Below are positions 39,268-52,165 of a stretch of 64,000 nucleotides of DNA, piece by piece (within the stretch, counting starts at the first letter, position 1; each line of letters starts with the position of its first letter). The stretch is from Macrostomum lignano (lineage: Eukaryota). Position numbers and translations under genes: made by a program. A model generated the notes under the pieces. The model searched no databases and was not told the DNA's origin. It was given only the letters and a program-made list of their open reading frames with translations. The stretch is taken from NCBI GenBank assembly GCA_002269645.1, contig NIVC01000707.1, positions 62,001 through 126,000 on the forward strand, read 5' to 3'.

Positions 39268-40619
39268 TCATCTCCAATCCCAGGCACTGACACGGTATTT
39301 CTTCGTCATTGGCAAAATGGGCACATCTTAGACCATGTACACGCGTTGAGCACAGTGGTATTGATCACCAAATCGCGATCTTTTAATCTCTACGCGATTC
39401 ATATCCTACGATTGATGTACGTAAGGCGACGAAAAAATATGTACAGGCCGTGTGATCATGCAAAAACTTGCCTAATTTTGAACGAGCAGTGTGAATGAGC
39501 CTTTAAAGATATTCTCTGTCCCTCTAGACTGCCAGCTATAATCGATGACCAACATGACCAAACGCAGATCAGATTAACTCACTAGCTACTGGGCCCAATA
39601 TATGTGCCAACCTATTTGCAACCGGTAATCTGAAATATTGAATACATTGAAAACAAAAGATTCCGATAACGTACCGGACCAGTCGGCTCTTTTTTGACGT
39701 TAAGTTTGTGATGTTCGTGACATAAAGAGTTTAAAACAGACATCGTAATGTGAGCTTTGAATCACGCGAATAGCATTTTTTCGGTGCTCAGAAACGGAGC
39801 AATGCAGGCTCACGAAATTCAAGTACACTGGCAAAGTTTTAATTACCTTCTGAAACAACAATCAAGTCGCCAGCCCTCCGGACCGTCGAGATATTCAACG
39901 ATTCTGCCACAAGGTCGGATTGTTAACTAAGCGATGGTGTATCCAACACACTCCTGTGCGCCAATCAGCACTGCGCCTCAGTGCGGCCTTTCCCAGCCTC
40001 CAAACTTCATCAGCAAGTCGACCCAAGGGGCCTGCATCAGCTCTGACTTTGTTTTCACTGGCCTTCACCCAGGCTTAGCTTCTGAACATTCAAAAGGTGG
40101 CAGCAGGTGACTATGCACCACCCCCCGTTGCGAATTTCTCGAGTTTCGCTGATCAAGCCTCGACAGTGGGTGCAACCTCAACTGCTGGATATCCTCAGCT
40201 GGTGTCTCAAGCATTCTGTCATCACCCCGTCGCCATCGACACCTTCAACAGATAAGGGGACTAATTATTATAAACATAACGAAACACATCAACTAAAACA
40301 GCAGTCTTAGCTGCCGATTTAGTATTCGCCATAGACTATAAATCGGCTCTCACTGCGAGAAAATGCATTGATTTTATAGGGACTGTTTCTGGCAGTTTTT
40401 ACAGGCAGATTTTATGGGTAAACATTCCATAGATGAGCTCAGCCTAACCCTAAAAATTGCTATTAAACCAAGTTGAATTAAAATTACCAAACAGTTTCTT
40501 TTAAATCGTAACTGACTAGCAAATATTTTAAGTCAGCTTTAGTATAAGTGACTTCGAATAAGCCCGCTTCGAGGGAGACAGGCTTTGTACAGGCTTGTTG
40601 TCGAGATACTGTAAAAAGT

Positions 40620-42200
40620 TCCGACCTCCGGTTTGTCACTGACTTGAACGTAGCGGCCATTAAGGATTTCTTCTCGCACCTGCTGCTCGACCAGCTGCCG
40701 GTAACTGTTAACTGATAGGTAGTTCTGAATTTCTGACATAGTTGAGGCTCTTTCTGACGGGTCAGGGCAGGTGAGTTGGAAGCCGTTGCGGATGCCATTC
40801 AGCAGGAATTCGCGGTCAGGATCGTCAGTCAGCTCAGTTTCCCAGGCGGCTGTGGCGAGGTCGGATGAGAAAGCGACGGACTCGAGGGGCTTGGGACAGG
40901 GCCAGCCGGGGGCAGCGGGGGTTCGACTTTGGCTTCCGCCGGGGCAGCTGCGCTGCCAGTTGAGCCCCCCGGCCGGCCACGATCTAGTTTTTTGAAGTGC
41001 AGAACTGGCGTGGGTGCGCTTCGTAGCAGGCGGAGCAGACGTGCGTGAACTTGCAGTCGCGCCGTAGGCAGCCGTTGCGGTTGAACTTCACGCACAGCTC
41101 CCGCCCTCAGGATCGATCGGGCCGACGAAGCCGGACAGCTGCTGCTTTGGCCTACTGGGCTTGAAGTTGGTGCGCTGGGAGATCGCGTTTCCGCCCTGCA
41201 TGATTTGACTTTGGTGCCAGAATGTGCTTGAATAGCAGCTGCAGCGACCACCGCTCCCAGCTGCCGCTCGACTGATGTTGCAGGATCCTGAAGTCTTCAT
41301 CGTAACAGTTGAGGGCGGCCTGACTGAAACCCTGGTGCATAAACTCGCCGAACTGCACACAGTAGCGAACGTAGGCCTTCAGCTGTTCAAGATCCACCGC
41401 GCCATCCTTAACGGTGACCAAGGACCCCTCGTCGAGGAGTTTCAGCAGGATTCGGTTGCTGCCTGCTACCCACTGACCCGCCGAGATCTGCTCAGTCCGG
41501 ACTCTGGACCTCTCGCCAGAGGCAGGCTCCTCGCCATCACGGTTGATAAAGTCCTTCACCAGAAGGGGCTTTGACGGTCCCGACGGCCTGGCAGAAGTGC
41601 TGTAGAGGCCTTGAAGGCCCAGGTCTGGCAGTCCCAGCTCCGGCTCATAGGCAGCAGGGGACCGGTCAATCGGCAAGGGGCTCCGCAACTTACGGCTCTG
41701 TTGGCCAGGCTTGTTCTCCAGCTCAGCCTCGATCTCAGCAGTCTGGCGTTGAAGATTCCTCAGCCGAAGCAGCTTCTCCTGACGGGCGATCCTCTGGTCC
41801 AGATCGTCGGTGCCCTGCGGGGCGCCAGCCTCGTCCAGGGTCGCTTCCTCATCGTCGTCGCTGCTGCTGGTGCTGACTCGGTCGATTTCGCTCGAGTGAG
41901 TGGCTGTTGGCCGTCTACGTCGCTTGGCTTGATTTGAGAAACTGGCTTGTTCCAGTCTGACTTGCAACTCTCGCTTGCGACCGCCACTGGGCAGTCCCAG
42001 TTGGCGTAGACGGTCTCTAAGCTGCCTTGCAGTCATTTGGTCAATTGAAATCTCGGCCATTGCAGTTGCAGCCTAGGCAGCACTCACCCACTCCGTACGA
42101 TAAAAAAAATTCATGCAGCGCGAGAAAGGTGAGGCAGGCTGATTAAAACCTAGGTGACATAAACCTCACGGCGGAGGGGTGCAGTGCAGAGGGGGGTTGA
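40620..42200 (-). mobile_element. Tyrosine-recombinase retrotransposon (DIRS superfamily, Ngaro-like), internally deleted: gag-like ORF1 plus the start of RT
   Basis: ORF1 from ATG 42060 has a SAP-like N-terminus (MTARQLRDRLRQLGLPSGGRKRELQVRL), a W..GSNRIL/YDEDFR..Q..W block and a C-terminal CVKFNRNGCLRRDCKFTHVCSACYEAHPRQFC zinc motif ending at TAG 40984. The RT start reads AWETELTDDPDREFLLNGIRNGF and NYLSVNSYRQLVEQQVREEILNGRY. Upstream GTGAGGTTTATG resembles Ngaro termini as I recall them. RT core, RNase H and YR are not visible. Confidence 0.72.
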
Positions 42201-42946
42201 CTTGGGGTGGGTGTTTACAACCAATCAGCAAACGCCGATTGGACACCACATATCCTATACCCCGGTAACTCTACAGCTAATGCAGTCTACATTGTGAAAC
42301 AAACCTATCAAAATGAAATTGCAGCCTCAGGCCCTCGTGATCCCAATCAGATTTCCAATCCAATGAATCAAGTTGCTAAACAACAGACAGTGAACAAAAC
42401 ATAAACGAAGGCTGTCCCAAAAGCAGTGTTACTTTTCATTATATCTCTCGTTCTGATAATCCAAATAACATTGTTTTGCACAGATTTATAGCGGCAACTA
42501 TCTTTTTCCATATTTTTTCCAACATATTTTAAAACAGACGATAGAAACAAAACTTATGCACAAAAATGTAACAGGAACTCGAATTTCCAAATGGAGGTGC
42601 CCAGTTCGGGATTTAATATTTATACAATAGATTTGCACAAGATCATGCGTCTCTCGAACGCTCTCCAACTTTTTTTTGAAATTATGATGCAATCAGCACG
42701 CATTACTGGAGATTTCAGTTAAATAATTTTCAACTGAATCAGAATGTGAAGATATGAAACTATTGACTTCACAAATTCAAAAGTACATGCATGCAAATAC
42801 AATTGCCTCTTTGCTTCAGTTTCATCTCACATTAGTCTAAGTAGATTATTAATTTGCATATTTTAAACAATAATAATTTGCAAATTCCTGCACCCTGAAA
42901 CCAGCACGACGAAACGGAGCATAAAATATCACAGAACTGGAAACAG

Positions 42947-43691
<745 letters not shown>

Positions 43692-43938
43692 CATCAGCCC
43701 CCTTCTGTTGTATTAAACTTCAAGCACTAGAAAGCAATACTGCTCCATCACAATCCAATCACTTTCTCAGCCAATCAGATCAGAGGCTGCTCTGCCTCCT
43801 ACATTCACTTAGGACAGCTCTGTTATTTCCTGTCTCCTTTCTCGGCGATCTGCGCTGCTTCAGCGAGCGCGCAGTTGCTAACACGGAGAGTAAAAACAAC
43901 TCATTGCACCCCGACGACCAAACTGTCAAGCCAAGCAG

Positions 43939-45063
43939 ATGGACGCCGACCTGCTTGAGAATGCTACCAATGGCATGAACTCATCCGCTCCGGCCATTGC
44001 TGGCTTCAAAGACGTTTCCATGTCGACTCAAGCGGCCATCGGACTAGTGGCAACATTCGCCACATTCGCCCTCGTGCTGAACTCGTTTCTGCTGTTCATC
44101 CTGATTCGCAGCCAGGTGCGCGAACGCTCTGCCGGCATGCAGGTGCTCACTGTTATGGAAATACTGCTCAGTGTGGCCCTACTGTCGCTGTTCATCAGCA
44201 TGATGGCGGCCAAGGACCCCGGAGCTCTGCCGCAGGAGCTCGGGCTCGGAGTTCACGCCGTTCAGATGACTCGCAACTACTGGCTGCTGGCCGTCACTCT
44301 GCACCGAATGGCCATCACGATGCGGCCTCAGCTGGCCGCCCAACGGAATGACTATTTTCGCGGCAGGCATCAGTTCTCGATTGTGTGCTTGATTGTGTGC
44401 CTCTCGACTCTGACTCTGCTCGCTAGAAGTCCCACGCTGACTGGTGCAGTGGATAAGCAAGCCAATGCAACTGCGGAGAATGCTCTCGTGGCTTATATTC
44501 GCGTCTACCTCATCAAGTCGGTGAGCTTCGCCGCTCTTGGCGTCATGCTGCCAGGCCTGGCGATTCTGGCCGCTACCGCCAAGATCGCGCACGCCCTGCG
44601 CTACCGACTGGCGCCGCACCGGGCCACCAACCGGGTGACGAAGATGGTTCTGACTCTGTCCATCGGCTTCGTGCTACTCGAGTCTCCACTGGCTATAACC
44701 TATACCGTCACCTGCGGCTACCTGTTGAACAGTTTGACACTGCCGTTGGACCAATCTGATTTTGCCAGGCTGCAGGTGCTGGAGGAGCTGGCCACCTGGG
44801 GCATGGTGTTCGTACCGGTTGACTCCTGCCTAAACTTTCTGGTGCTCCTTTGCTACAGCCGATCGGTGCGATGGTTCCTGCGCAGCAGCATGCAGAAGTA
44901 CAGGCGGCGACGGCGGTTGCGTCAGCACCGTAGCCGAAGCCGGTGCCTTCGGAAGCGTCTGGAAAAGCAGCTACGGCAGCAAGCGAAGCTGCGTCGATCG
45001 CTGCAGAAACAGCGGAACGAGAGCTGCAGGCCGACGGGTATGCGCGCTTTGGGTCGGTTTTGA
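43939..45063 (+). CDS. Intronless rhodopsin-like (class A) GPCR, 374 aa, of a divergent peptide/orphan receptor type
   Basis: Seven hydrophobic helices; N-terminal glycosylation sequons (NAT, NSS); TM1 LNS; TM3 TRNYWLLAVTLHRM with HRM in place of DRY; TM5 P; TM6 FVLLESP; TM7 DSCLNFLV. CCAAT boxes near 43755 and 43771. Confidence 0.85.
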   Translation: MDADLLENATNGMNSSAPAIAGFKDVSMSTQAAIGLVATFATFALVLNSFLLFILIRSQVRERSAGMQVLTVMEILLSVALLSLFISMMAAKDPGALPQELGLGVHAVQMTRNYWLLAVTLHRMAITMRPQLAAQRNDYFRGRHQFSIVCLIVCLSTLTLLARSPTLTGAVDKQANATAENALVAYIRVYLIKSVSFAALGVMLPGLAILAATAKIAHALRYRLAPHRATNRVTKMVLTLSIGFVLLESPLAITYTVTCGYLLNSLTLPLDQSDFARLQVLEELATWGMVFVPVDSCLNFLVLLCYSRSVRWFLRSSMQKYRRRRRLRQHRSRSRCLRKRLEKQLRQQAKLRRSLQKQRNESCRPTGMRALGRF

Positions 45064-45949
45064 CTTGATTAGAGTAGGCTAATGACAATTTTCTATGGCG
45101 CCACTTTTACTAAGAATACGAAGACGCAAGATTAAGGTGTACTTGAGTGCTATAGTGCTTCTAATTAGTTCCATTGGCATCCGTCTTTAAATTGCACTAG
45201 CAAAGGAAATACACCAGTCTTTCAAATTTCTTGAGGGAATTCTCTGGTCTTCTTGGCTACAAGAAGTCTTGGACAAGACATTCATTATATTTCTTCATCC
45301 ATGATGTTCTGCATACATTTTCATATAAAAGTTAGCGTAATTGTTTTTGAAGATTTAGGGGCTTATTATCTTATTATAAGCCCAACCTTCATCTCATTTC
45401 GTAATTTGGTACCATTTTTCACACAAGTAACACCTGGCTTTCTTTTAGAGTTGTTGACACCTGCAGACACTTGCCGGTGACACTCGGGTCATCGGAATTA
45501 CCGAGGACCAGTTTGCAAACTATTCGCAGTGTAAAACATAATTTATAATATCAGACTAGTAGAATGCAAAGTGTTCATTTAAAGAACTTGCGAAACCAGC
45601 CTGAGTAGAATGAAAATACCTTTGGTTTTTTCTTTCATCTTTTTACAGATCGAGACAGCAGTTATCGGCTCCACCAGATGCGACCGCAAATTCTCGCAGT
45701 TTAGTGGACTAAAAGACAGTGGAGACGACCATGGTTGAAGTAAATGAGGCATAGCTAAACTAGCCATTTTTGGTGCACTCGAGCGTGTGTGTGTGACACC
45801 TGAGGATGATGTGTATATAAACTGATGATGATACATAATGTATTTAATTTCATCCAACCACAGCGAACGGTAGGGAAGATCGTTAACTTTGCGTGTTTAT
45901 AACTTTCGTCCCAGGGTGTAGCGATCCAGGTAGTACGAGCGTATATATT

Positions 45950-46428
45950 TCCAGGTAGTATATATCGTCCAGGTAGTATATATCGTCCAGGTAGTATCGA
46001 GGTATATATATCGTCCAGGTAGTATATATCGTCCAGGTAGTATATATCGTCCAGGTAGTATATATCGTCCAGGTAGTATATATCGTCCAGGTAGTATATA
46101 TCGTCCAGGTAGTATATATCGTCCAGGTAGTATATATCGTCCAGGTAGTATATATCGTCCAGGTAGTATATATCGTCCAGGTAGTATATATCGTCCAGGT
46201 AGTATATATCGTCCAGGTAGTATATATCGTCCAGGTAGTATATATCGTCCAGGTAGTATATATCGTCCAGGTAGTATATATCGTCCAGGTAGTATATATC
46301 GTCCAGGTAGTATATATCGTCCAGGTAGTATATATCGTCCAGGTAGTATATATCGTCCAGGTAGTATATATCGTCCAGGTAGTATATATCGTCCAGGTAG
46401 TATATATCGTCCAGGTAGTATATATCAT
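45950..46428. repeat. 18-bp minisatellite, about 26 copies
   Basis: Unit GTAGTATATATCGTCCAG. Confidence 0.95.
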
Positions 46429-47424
46429 TCGGGTAGTATGTACAGTATACAGCGTTCCCGATGTTTATCTACGTCGCTGTCAAATGGGTAGTTTTAAGTT
46501 ACACTGACGCAATTTAAGAATACTCATTCGCCAGCGACGGCCATCGATATCGGGTACATTGGATGCGTCGGTGGTTGGTGCAGGGGTTTATTTGCGAGCG
46601 ACATGCGACAAGGAAAATTTTTATAAGTTATTCATTTTTCGAAGTTAATTCACATGTGTTTTATGCTGAAGTTTTGGCTGAAACCCTCTAACCAAAAATG
46701 TGTTGAAAATTTCTGTTCTTATTATCTGTGAGTCTTTAGAGGTATTAATATTTTTAAAACGATTTTTGTCAAGACCTCATTGACCTATTTTTTACACTGA
46801 GTTTTTACCCAATCCGTCTTTAGAAAGCAACCCTCTTTGATGCTGTTAATGACATACCTTATTTGGCTTAACTTTCCTTTTAGCCTTGGAAAATGCATAC
46901 GCACGCACTTATTTGCAATTCTTATTTGATAGCAGGTGGTACGATCTATATAAAACTTATTAGCTCACTCACTCTGACTAATTATTGAACTCATCCAGGT
47001 TATTCAGATAAAATTTTATTTTTTAGCAATTGCATTAACGATTATGTAAATTTTAATTTCATTCCATTTCAATAGTTTTAGTTCAAAAATCAATAAATAA
47101 TTTATAACTATCTCATCGTCCCTACTGCACTTCCCAATTGGTAATTCAATCCATTCTCTAACTTATCAAATTGAAGCTTGAAAATACTGATGCCCTCATA
47201 CTCAGAATGTTCTCTTATCGCGAATAGGCATGCTCCTGAACAGCGCAATGCTGTTCTCAAAAGAAGATGAGAAACGCATGAGAATCACTCCTGACCAGCG
47301 CATGAGAATCATGAGCAGTACTCGCTCAGAGAACCAGCCTTACTAATCAACTTTTTTTAGTTGTAGACAAGCAAGACGCAGCTGGATTTAGAATTAAGTT
47401 GATCACCATTAGAACAAATCCACT

Positions 47425-47778
<354 letters not shown>

Positions 47779-48714
47779 NNNNNNNNNNNNNNNNNNNNNN
47801 NNNNNNNNNNNNNNNNNNNNNNNNNNNNNNNNNNNNNNNNNNNNNNNNNNNNNNNNNNNNNNNNNNNNNNNNNNNNNNNNNNNNNNNNNNNNNNNNNNNN
47901 NNNNNNNNNNNNNNNNNNNNNNNNNNNNNNNNNNNNNNNNNNNNNNNNNNNNNNNNNNNNNNNNNNNNNNNNNNNNNNNNNNNNNNNNNNNNNNNNNNNN
48001 NNNNNNNNNNNNNNNNNNNNNNNNNNNNNNNNNNNNNNNNNNNNNNNNNNNNNNNNNNNNNNNNNNNNNNNNNNNNNNNNNNNNNNNNNNNNNNNNNNNN
48101 NNNNNNNNNNNNNNNNNNNNNNNNNNNNNNNNNNNNNNNNNNNNNNNNNNNNNNNNNNNNNNNNNNNNNNNNNNNNNNNNNNNNNNNNNNNNNNNNNNNN
48201 NNNNNNNNNNNNNNNNNNNNNNNNNNNNNNNNNNNNNNNNNNNNNNNNNNNNNNNNNNNNNNNNNNNNNNNNNNNNNNNNNNNNNNNNNNNNNNNNNNNN
48301 NNNNNNNNNNNNNNNNNNNNNNNNNNNNNNNNNNNNNNNNNNNNNNNNNNNNNNNNNNNNNNNNNNNNNNNNNNNNNNNNNNNNNNNNNNNNNNNNNNNN
48401 NNNNNNNNNNNNNNNNNNNNNNNNNNNNNNNNNNNNNNNNNNNNNNNNNNNNNNNNNNNNNNNNNNNNNNNNNNNNNNNNNNNNNNNNNNNNNNNNNNNN
48501 NNNNNNNNNNNNNNNNNNNNNNNNNNNNNNNNNNNNNNNNNNNNNNNNNNNNNNNNNNNNNNNNNNNNNNNNNNNNNNNNNNNNNNNNNNNNNNNNNNNN
48601 NNNNNNNNNNNNNNNNNNNNNNNNNNNNNNNNNNNNNNNNNNNNNNNNNNNNNNNNNNNNNNNNNNNNNNNNNNNNNNNNNNNNNNNNNNNNNNNNNNNN
48701 NNNNNNNNNNNNNN
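47779..48714. other. Assembly gap (936 N)
   Basis: Run of N. Confidence 1.
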
Positions 48715-48916
48715 TTATACAAGGGTGTCCCAAAAGTTCCCGGAATCTTTGCCCCAGCTCCTCAGTACCTTGACCAATTTTTATGGTTTATGTGTCAAAC
48801 TAAAGATAATTTTTCAACGAAAAAACGTGTCATTTGAATTTCCTTTCTATCTGGTTTCGGTTAGGAGTTACACCAGGAAATGTGAAGGAATTTCAGTACC
48901 AGTGTTACACACCCAG

Positions 48917-49169
48917 AATGCTCAATGAGCGATTTTATGTAATTAAACTGCGTAGAAATAGATATGCGTACAAACTACTAATCCGGTGAAGAAACATAAG
49001 TAGCCATAGACTATTTACTCAAATGTGCAGCACAAGACCGCCTAACTTATTAAGTCAGTAACATTTGAGTAATAGTCTATGGCTACTTATGTTTCTTCAC
49101 CGGATTAGTAGTTGGTACGCATATCTATTTCTACGCAGTTTAATTTCATAAAATCGCTGATTGAGCATT
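48917..49169. repeat. Long near-perfect palindrome (fold-back or MITE-like), arms of about 110 bp, 34-bp spacer
   Basis: Left arm 48917-49026 (AATGCTCAATGAGCG...TAGCCATAGACTATTTACTCAAATGT) is the reverse complement of 49061-49169 apart from about 4 differences. Confidence 0.9.
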
Positions 49170-50099
49170 GTCGGCTGATTTTCCATGCAAGAATGGCATT
49201 CTTGCACTCTTTTGCGTGCAGGAATGGATGTCTATGGTAAAATCTCACTGAAAAAGCATTAGGCGCAGAAATGCATTCCTGCACGGTTTTGTGCATTCCT
49301 GCACGATGAATCATCCGACAATGGAATTCCTTCACGTTCACTCGTGCGTGAAGGACATCGTGCACTCGTGCGCTAGCGCGCACTCGTGCAGATGTCATTC
49401 CCGCACTCGTGACCGTGCAGGAATATATCATTCTTATTTGATCCAGCGTGCAAGAATGCTTTGGAAGTCGCCATATGCGTGCAGAAATGCAAGTGTCTAT
49501 GGTAAAAGCACCTTGGATTTACATGTGCACTCCGTGCAGGAATTTCAATCGTGCAAGAATGTAATGCGCAATGTTTCTATATTTAGCATAACAGCCATAG
49601 ACTACAAGCATAATCTTCTTTCCATCGTGCAAGAATGTTCAGACTAGCTCGCGCATATTTTGTCTATGGTTCAAGTCTAACTCCATACCCCCAGCTCCAC
49701 CCTTTTCTACTTTAGCCACACATGTTGGATCAAATAAGAATGGGAATCAGGCACTTTGACTTGTGCGTCTATGGAAAAAACCCTCGTGTTTCAGCCATTG
49801 ACGCACTCGTCAGCGTGCTAGATTCCTCCATTCTGGGTAAGTTCTGTGGTGTTACAAAACCTCGAATGTCTGTGGTATCCTTTTTCTATTAACAGTTTTT
49901 TTTGCAAAATTCAACTTTGAATTCGTCATAAAGATGTGGAAACGTCTATGGATGAAACCAGTAAATTGCTGATCAGATCTAGTGGTGCCAGCGCTTGCTT
50001 CTTTTTCATGAAGGTTTTGCGTCTTTATGCCTTGAAATTGATTGTTCTATCTATCTTGGATTCTCTTTCGATTTAACTGGCTGAAGCCTAGCTTTAGAA

Positions 50100-50335
50100 C
50101 AGGGGTCGGTGAACTTTTAACACAATTAAGACCAGATAAAGAGTCTAGACCATTGCTGCGGGACAGATGAGAGTGGAAGAGAAACGAGGGAGAGGGGGAA
50201 AAGAGAGGAGGGGAAAGAGAAGAGCTAAGAAGACACAAACCTTGAGCGGGCCGGGCCGCATTGCTATTGTGCAGTTTCAAAGGACCCGAGGGCCGGATAG
50301 AGAGGCTTTGCAGGCCGCATGTGGCCCGAGAATTG
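50100..50335 (+). mobile_element. hAT/Charlie-like MITE fragment
   Basis: Starts CAGGGGTCGGTGAACTTTT (Charlie-type TIR) and contains GGGCCGGAT...GGCCGCATGTGGCCC subterminal motifs. The right TIR was not found. Confidence 0.5.
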
Positions 50336-50993
50336 CCCGCAGACGAATTCCCACCGAGATTTGCCCGAGGAGACAACACCCGAATTTTATCATTTCAGCT
50401 GCTAAATATTAAAAGTAAAATAGACAGCGACAGAGAATTTGTATTTTTACAATTGATTAAAATAGAGTTTATCAAATAGTTGAACTTCACATTATAAAAG
50501 GTAATTACATGCGCATAATTGTTATGATACAGACAATAAAAGATGCTAATACTCTGTGGTAAAATGTGCTCAATAAATTAGAGTTACTGAGCAAAATTAA
50601 TGACTAAGGGGTCACATTACATTGCCTGTACACAAGCTGATCAAATGTAGCCACAATGCAATGCAAACCAGTCGTAACAGTATGTTATTACAAAGGGAAT
50701 TTACCCAAAGAATATTAGCTTCTGTGCCCAACATTCAAAGGGCATGCGTGGGCTTTCATTCCGCATCTTTTTTGAAACAAAAAAGCAATTTCTTGTGCCC
50801 TCAAGACTCTGACATTTTTGGTGCCAAAGACTGGTATCCCTAATAGGTACAGCTGCAATCTGCATATTCCAACAGCTTTGATTGCTGGCTATTTGAAAAC
50901 TTGGCTGTAATGTTAGGAACAAAATATAAGACAAACTTCGTGTGAGTTGCTTCATTGCTTGAATCGGTGCATTCGGATACAGCAGAAAAATTT

Positions 50994-51576
50994 CTAGAGG
51001 GCCCGAGAGGACTGTCCATTGCTGCCACAGCTCAAGCAGAAGCCGCTAGTGGAGCCGCAGCGACACCGAGGACAAAAGAAAGGCAGCCGGGCTAAGTGCA
51101 CCTTCTCCAAGTGGCTCATCAAGTTAATCTTCTGAACAAAGCCTTTATGGCACATTGAGCAGTGAAAGTCCTTAGCAACCAGGTGAATCTTTCTGTGTGT
51201 GTGCAGGTTGGCCTGCTGACTGAACTTCCGGCCGCAGAGGTCACAGAAGAACGGCTGCTCACCTGTGTGCACCCGCTCGTGGTCGCAGGTTGACTCTCTG
51301 GCTGAAGCGTCTGGAGCAGATGCAGCACTTAAAGGGCTTGACATGAGTCAGCCTGTGCTGCATCAGAGTGGCCTGGGTACGCAGCCTCTTGCCGCAGTCT
51401 GAGCATGCAAACTGCGGTGTGCCAGACTTGCCTAGCAGGCTGACTGCATCTTGGTAGGTTGAGCCACCTGCAACTGTTGGTAGTTTAGTGAGGCCAAGGC
51501 TGTGGTGACGCAGCAAGTGCTTCTTGTACCACCTGGGGCTGCTGAACTGAAGGTTGCAGAATGGGCAGCTGGTCAT
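50994..51576 (-). CDS. C2H2 zinc-finger protein (about 5 fingers), frameshifted as assembled; possibly a terminal exon or pseudogene
   Basis: CPFC..H..RHH; CSDCGKRLRTQATLMQHRLTH; KPFKCCICSRRFSQRVNL|frameshift near 51284|DHERVHTGEQPFFCDLCGRKFSQQANLHTHRKIH; CSMCHKGFVQKINLMSHLEKVH. Confidence 0.75.
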
Positions 51577-52165
51577 TGACAGTGTAGGTCTGTTGACTTT
51601 TTCATGTACACTAACTGATGGCAGCCCATGAAAAAAACAAAGAAAAAGATTTTATATACTTAGCAGAGCTTTGTTGGCTTAAAACAGTTGTTGCATATTT
51701 TATATAGTAATTAAATGATAAGCCTAGCAAAAGTTTATTTTAATGTTAAGCAAAAAACAAAGATCAATGATAGTTTATATCAGCAATTTTTACTGTTTAT
51801 ATATCTTATATTTTTTGTAAAAGAAATTGCTTATATTAGATTTAAACTATTGTTTTCTTAAGTAATAGAAATATATATTGGTAATTTATTAAATAATTAA
51901 ATAAATATTAAAGATTGCTCATCAAAATAATATTGATCTAGTTTAATATAAACTTATACCAACAATTGCTAATGTCAATATTAATATACAAAAATGACCT
52001 ACTTTGATATAGGCCTGGAATAGCTGACTAAAGAATAATACAAATATATGCATTTGCATGTAAGTCTAAAGCAAGCTACCAATAAGGCATAGACCTAACT
52101 TATTTATTGTTGCCATTGTTTTTATTATTAGCGAATCAAAACTTTCTTGTTTTGTATATACTTAG

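Noticed and set aside
39900-40330. GC-richer patch as the missing YR part of the Ngaro element
   Set aside because: No recognisable R-H-R-Y motif or sustained reading frame.
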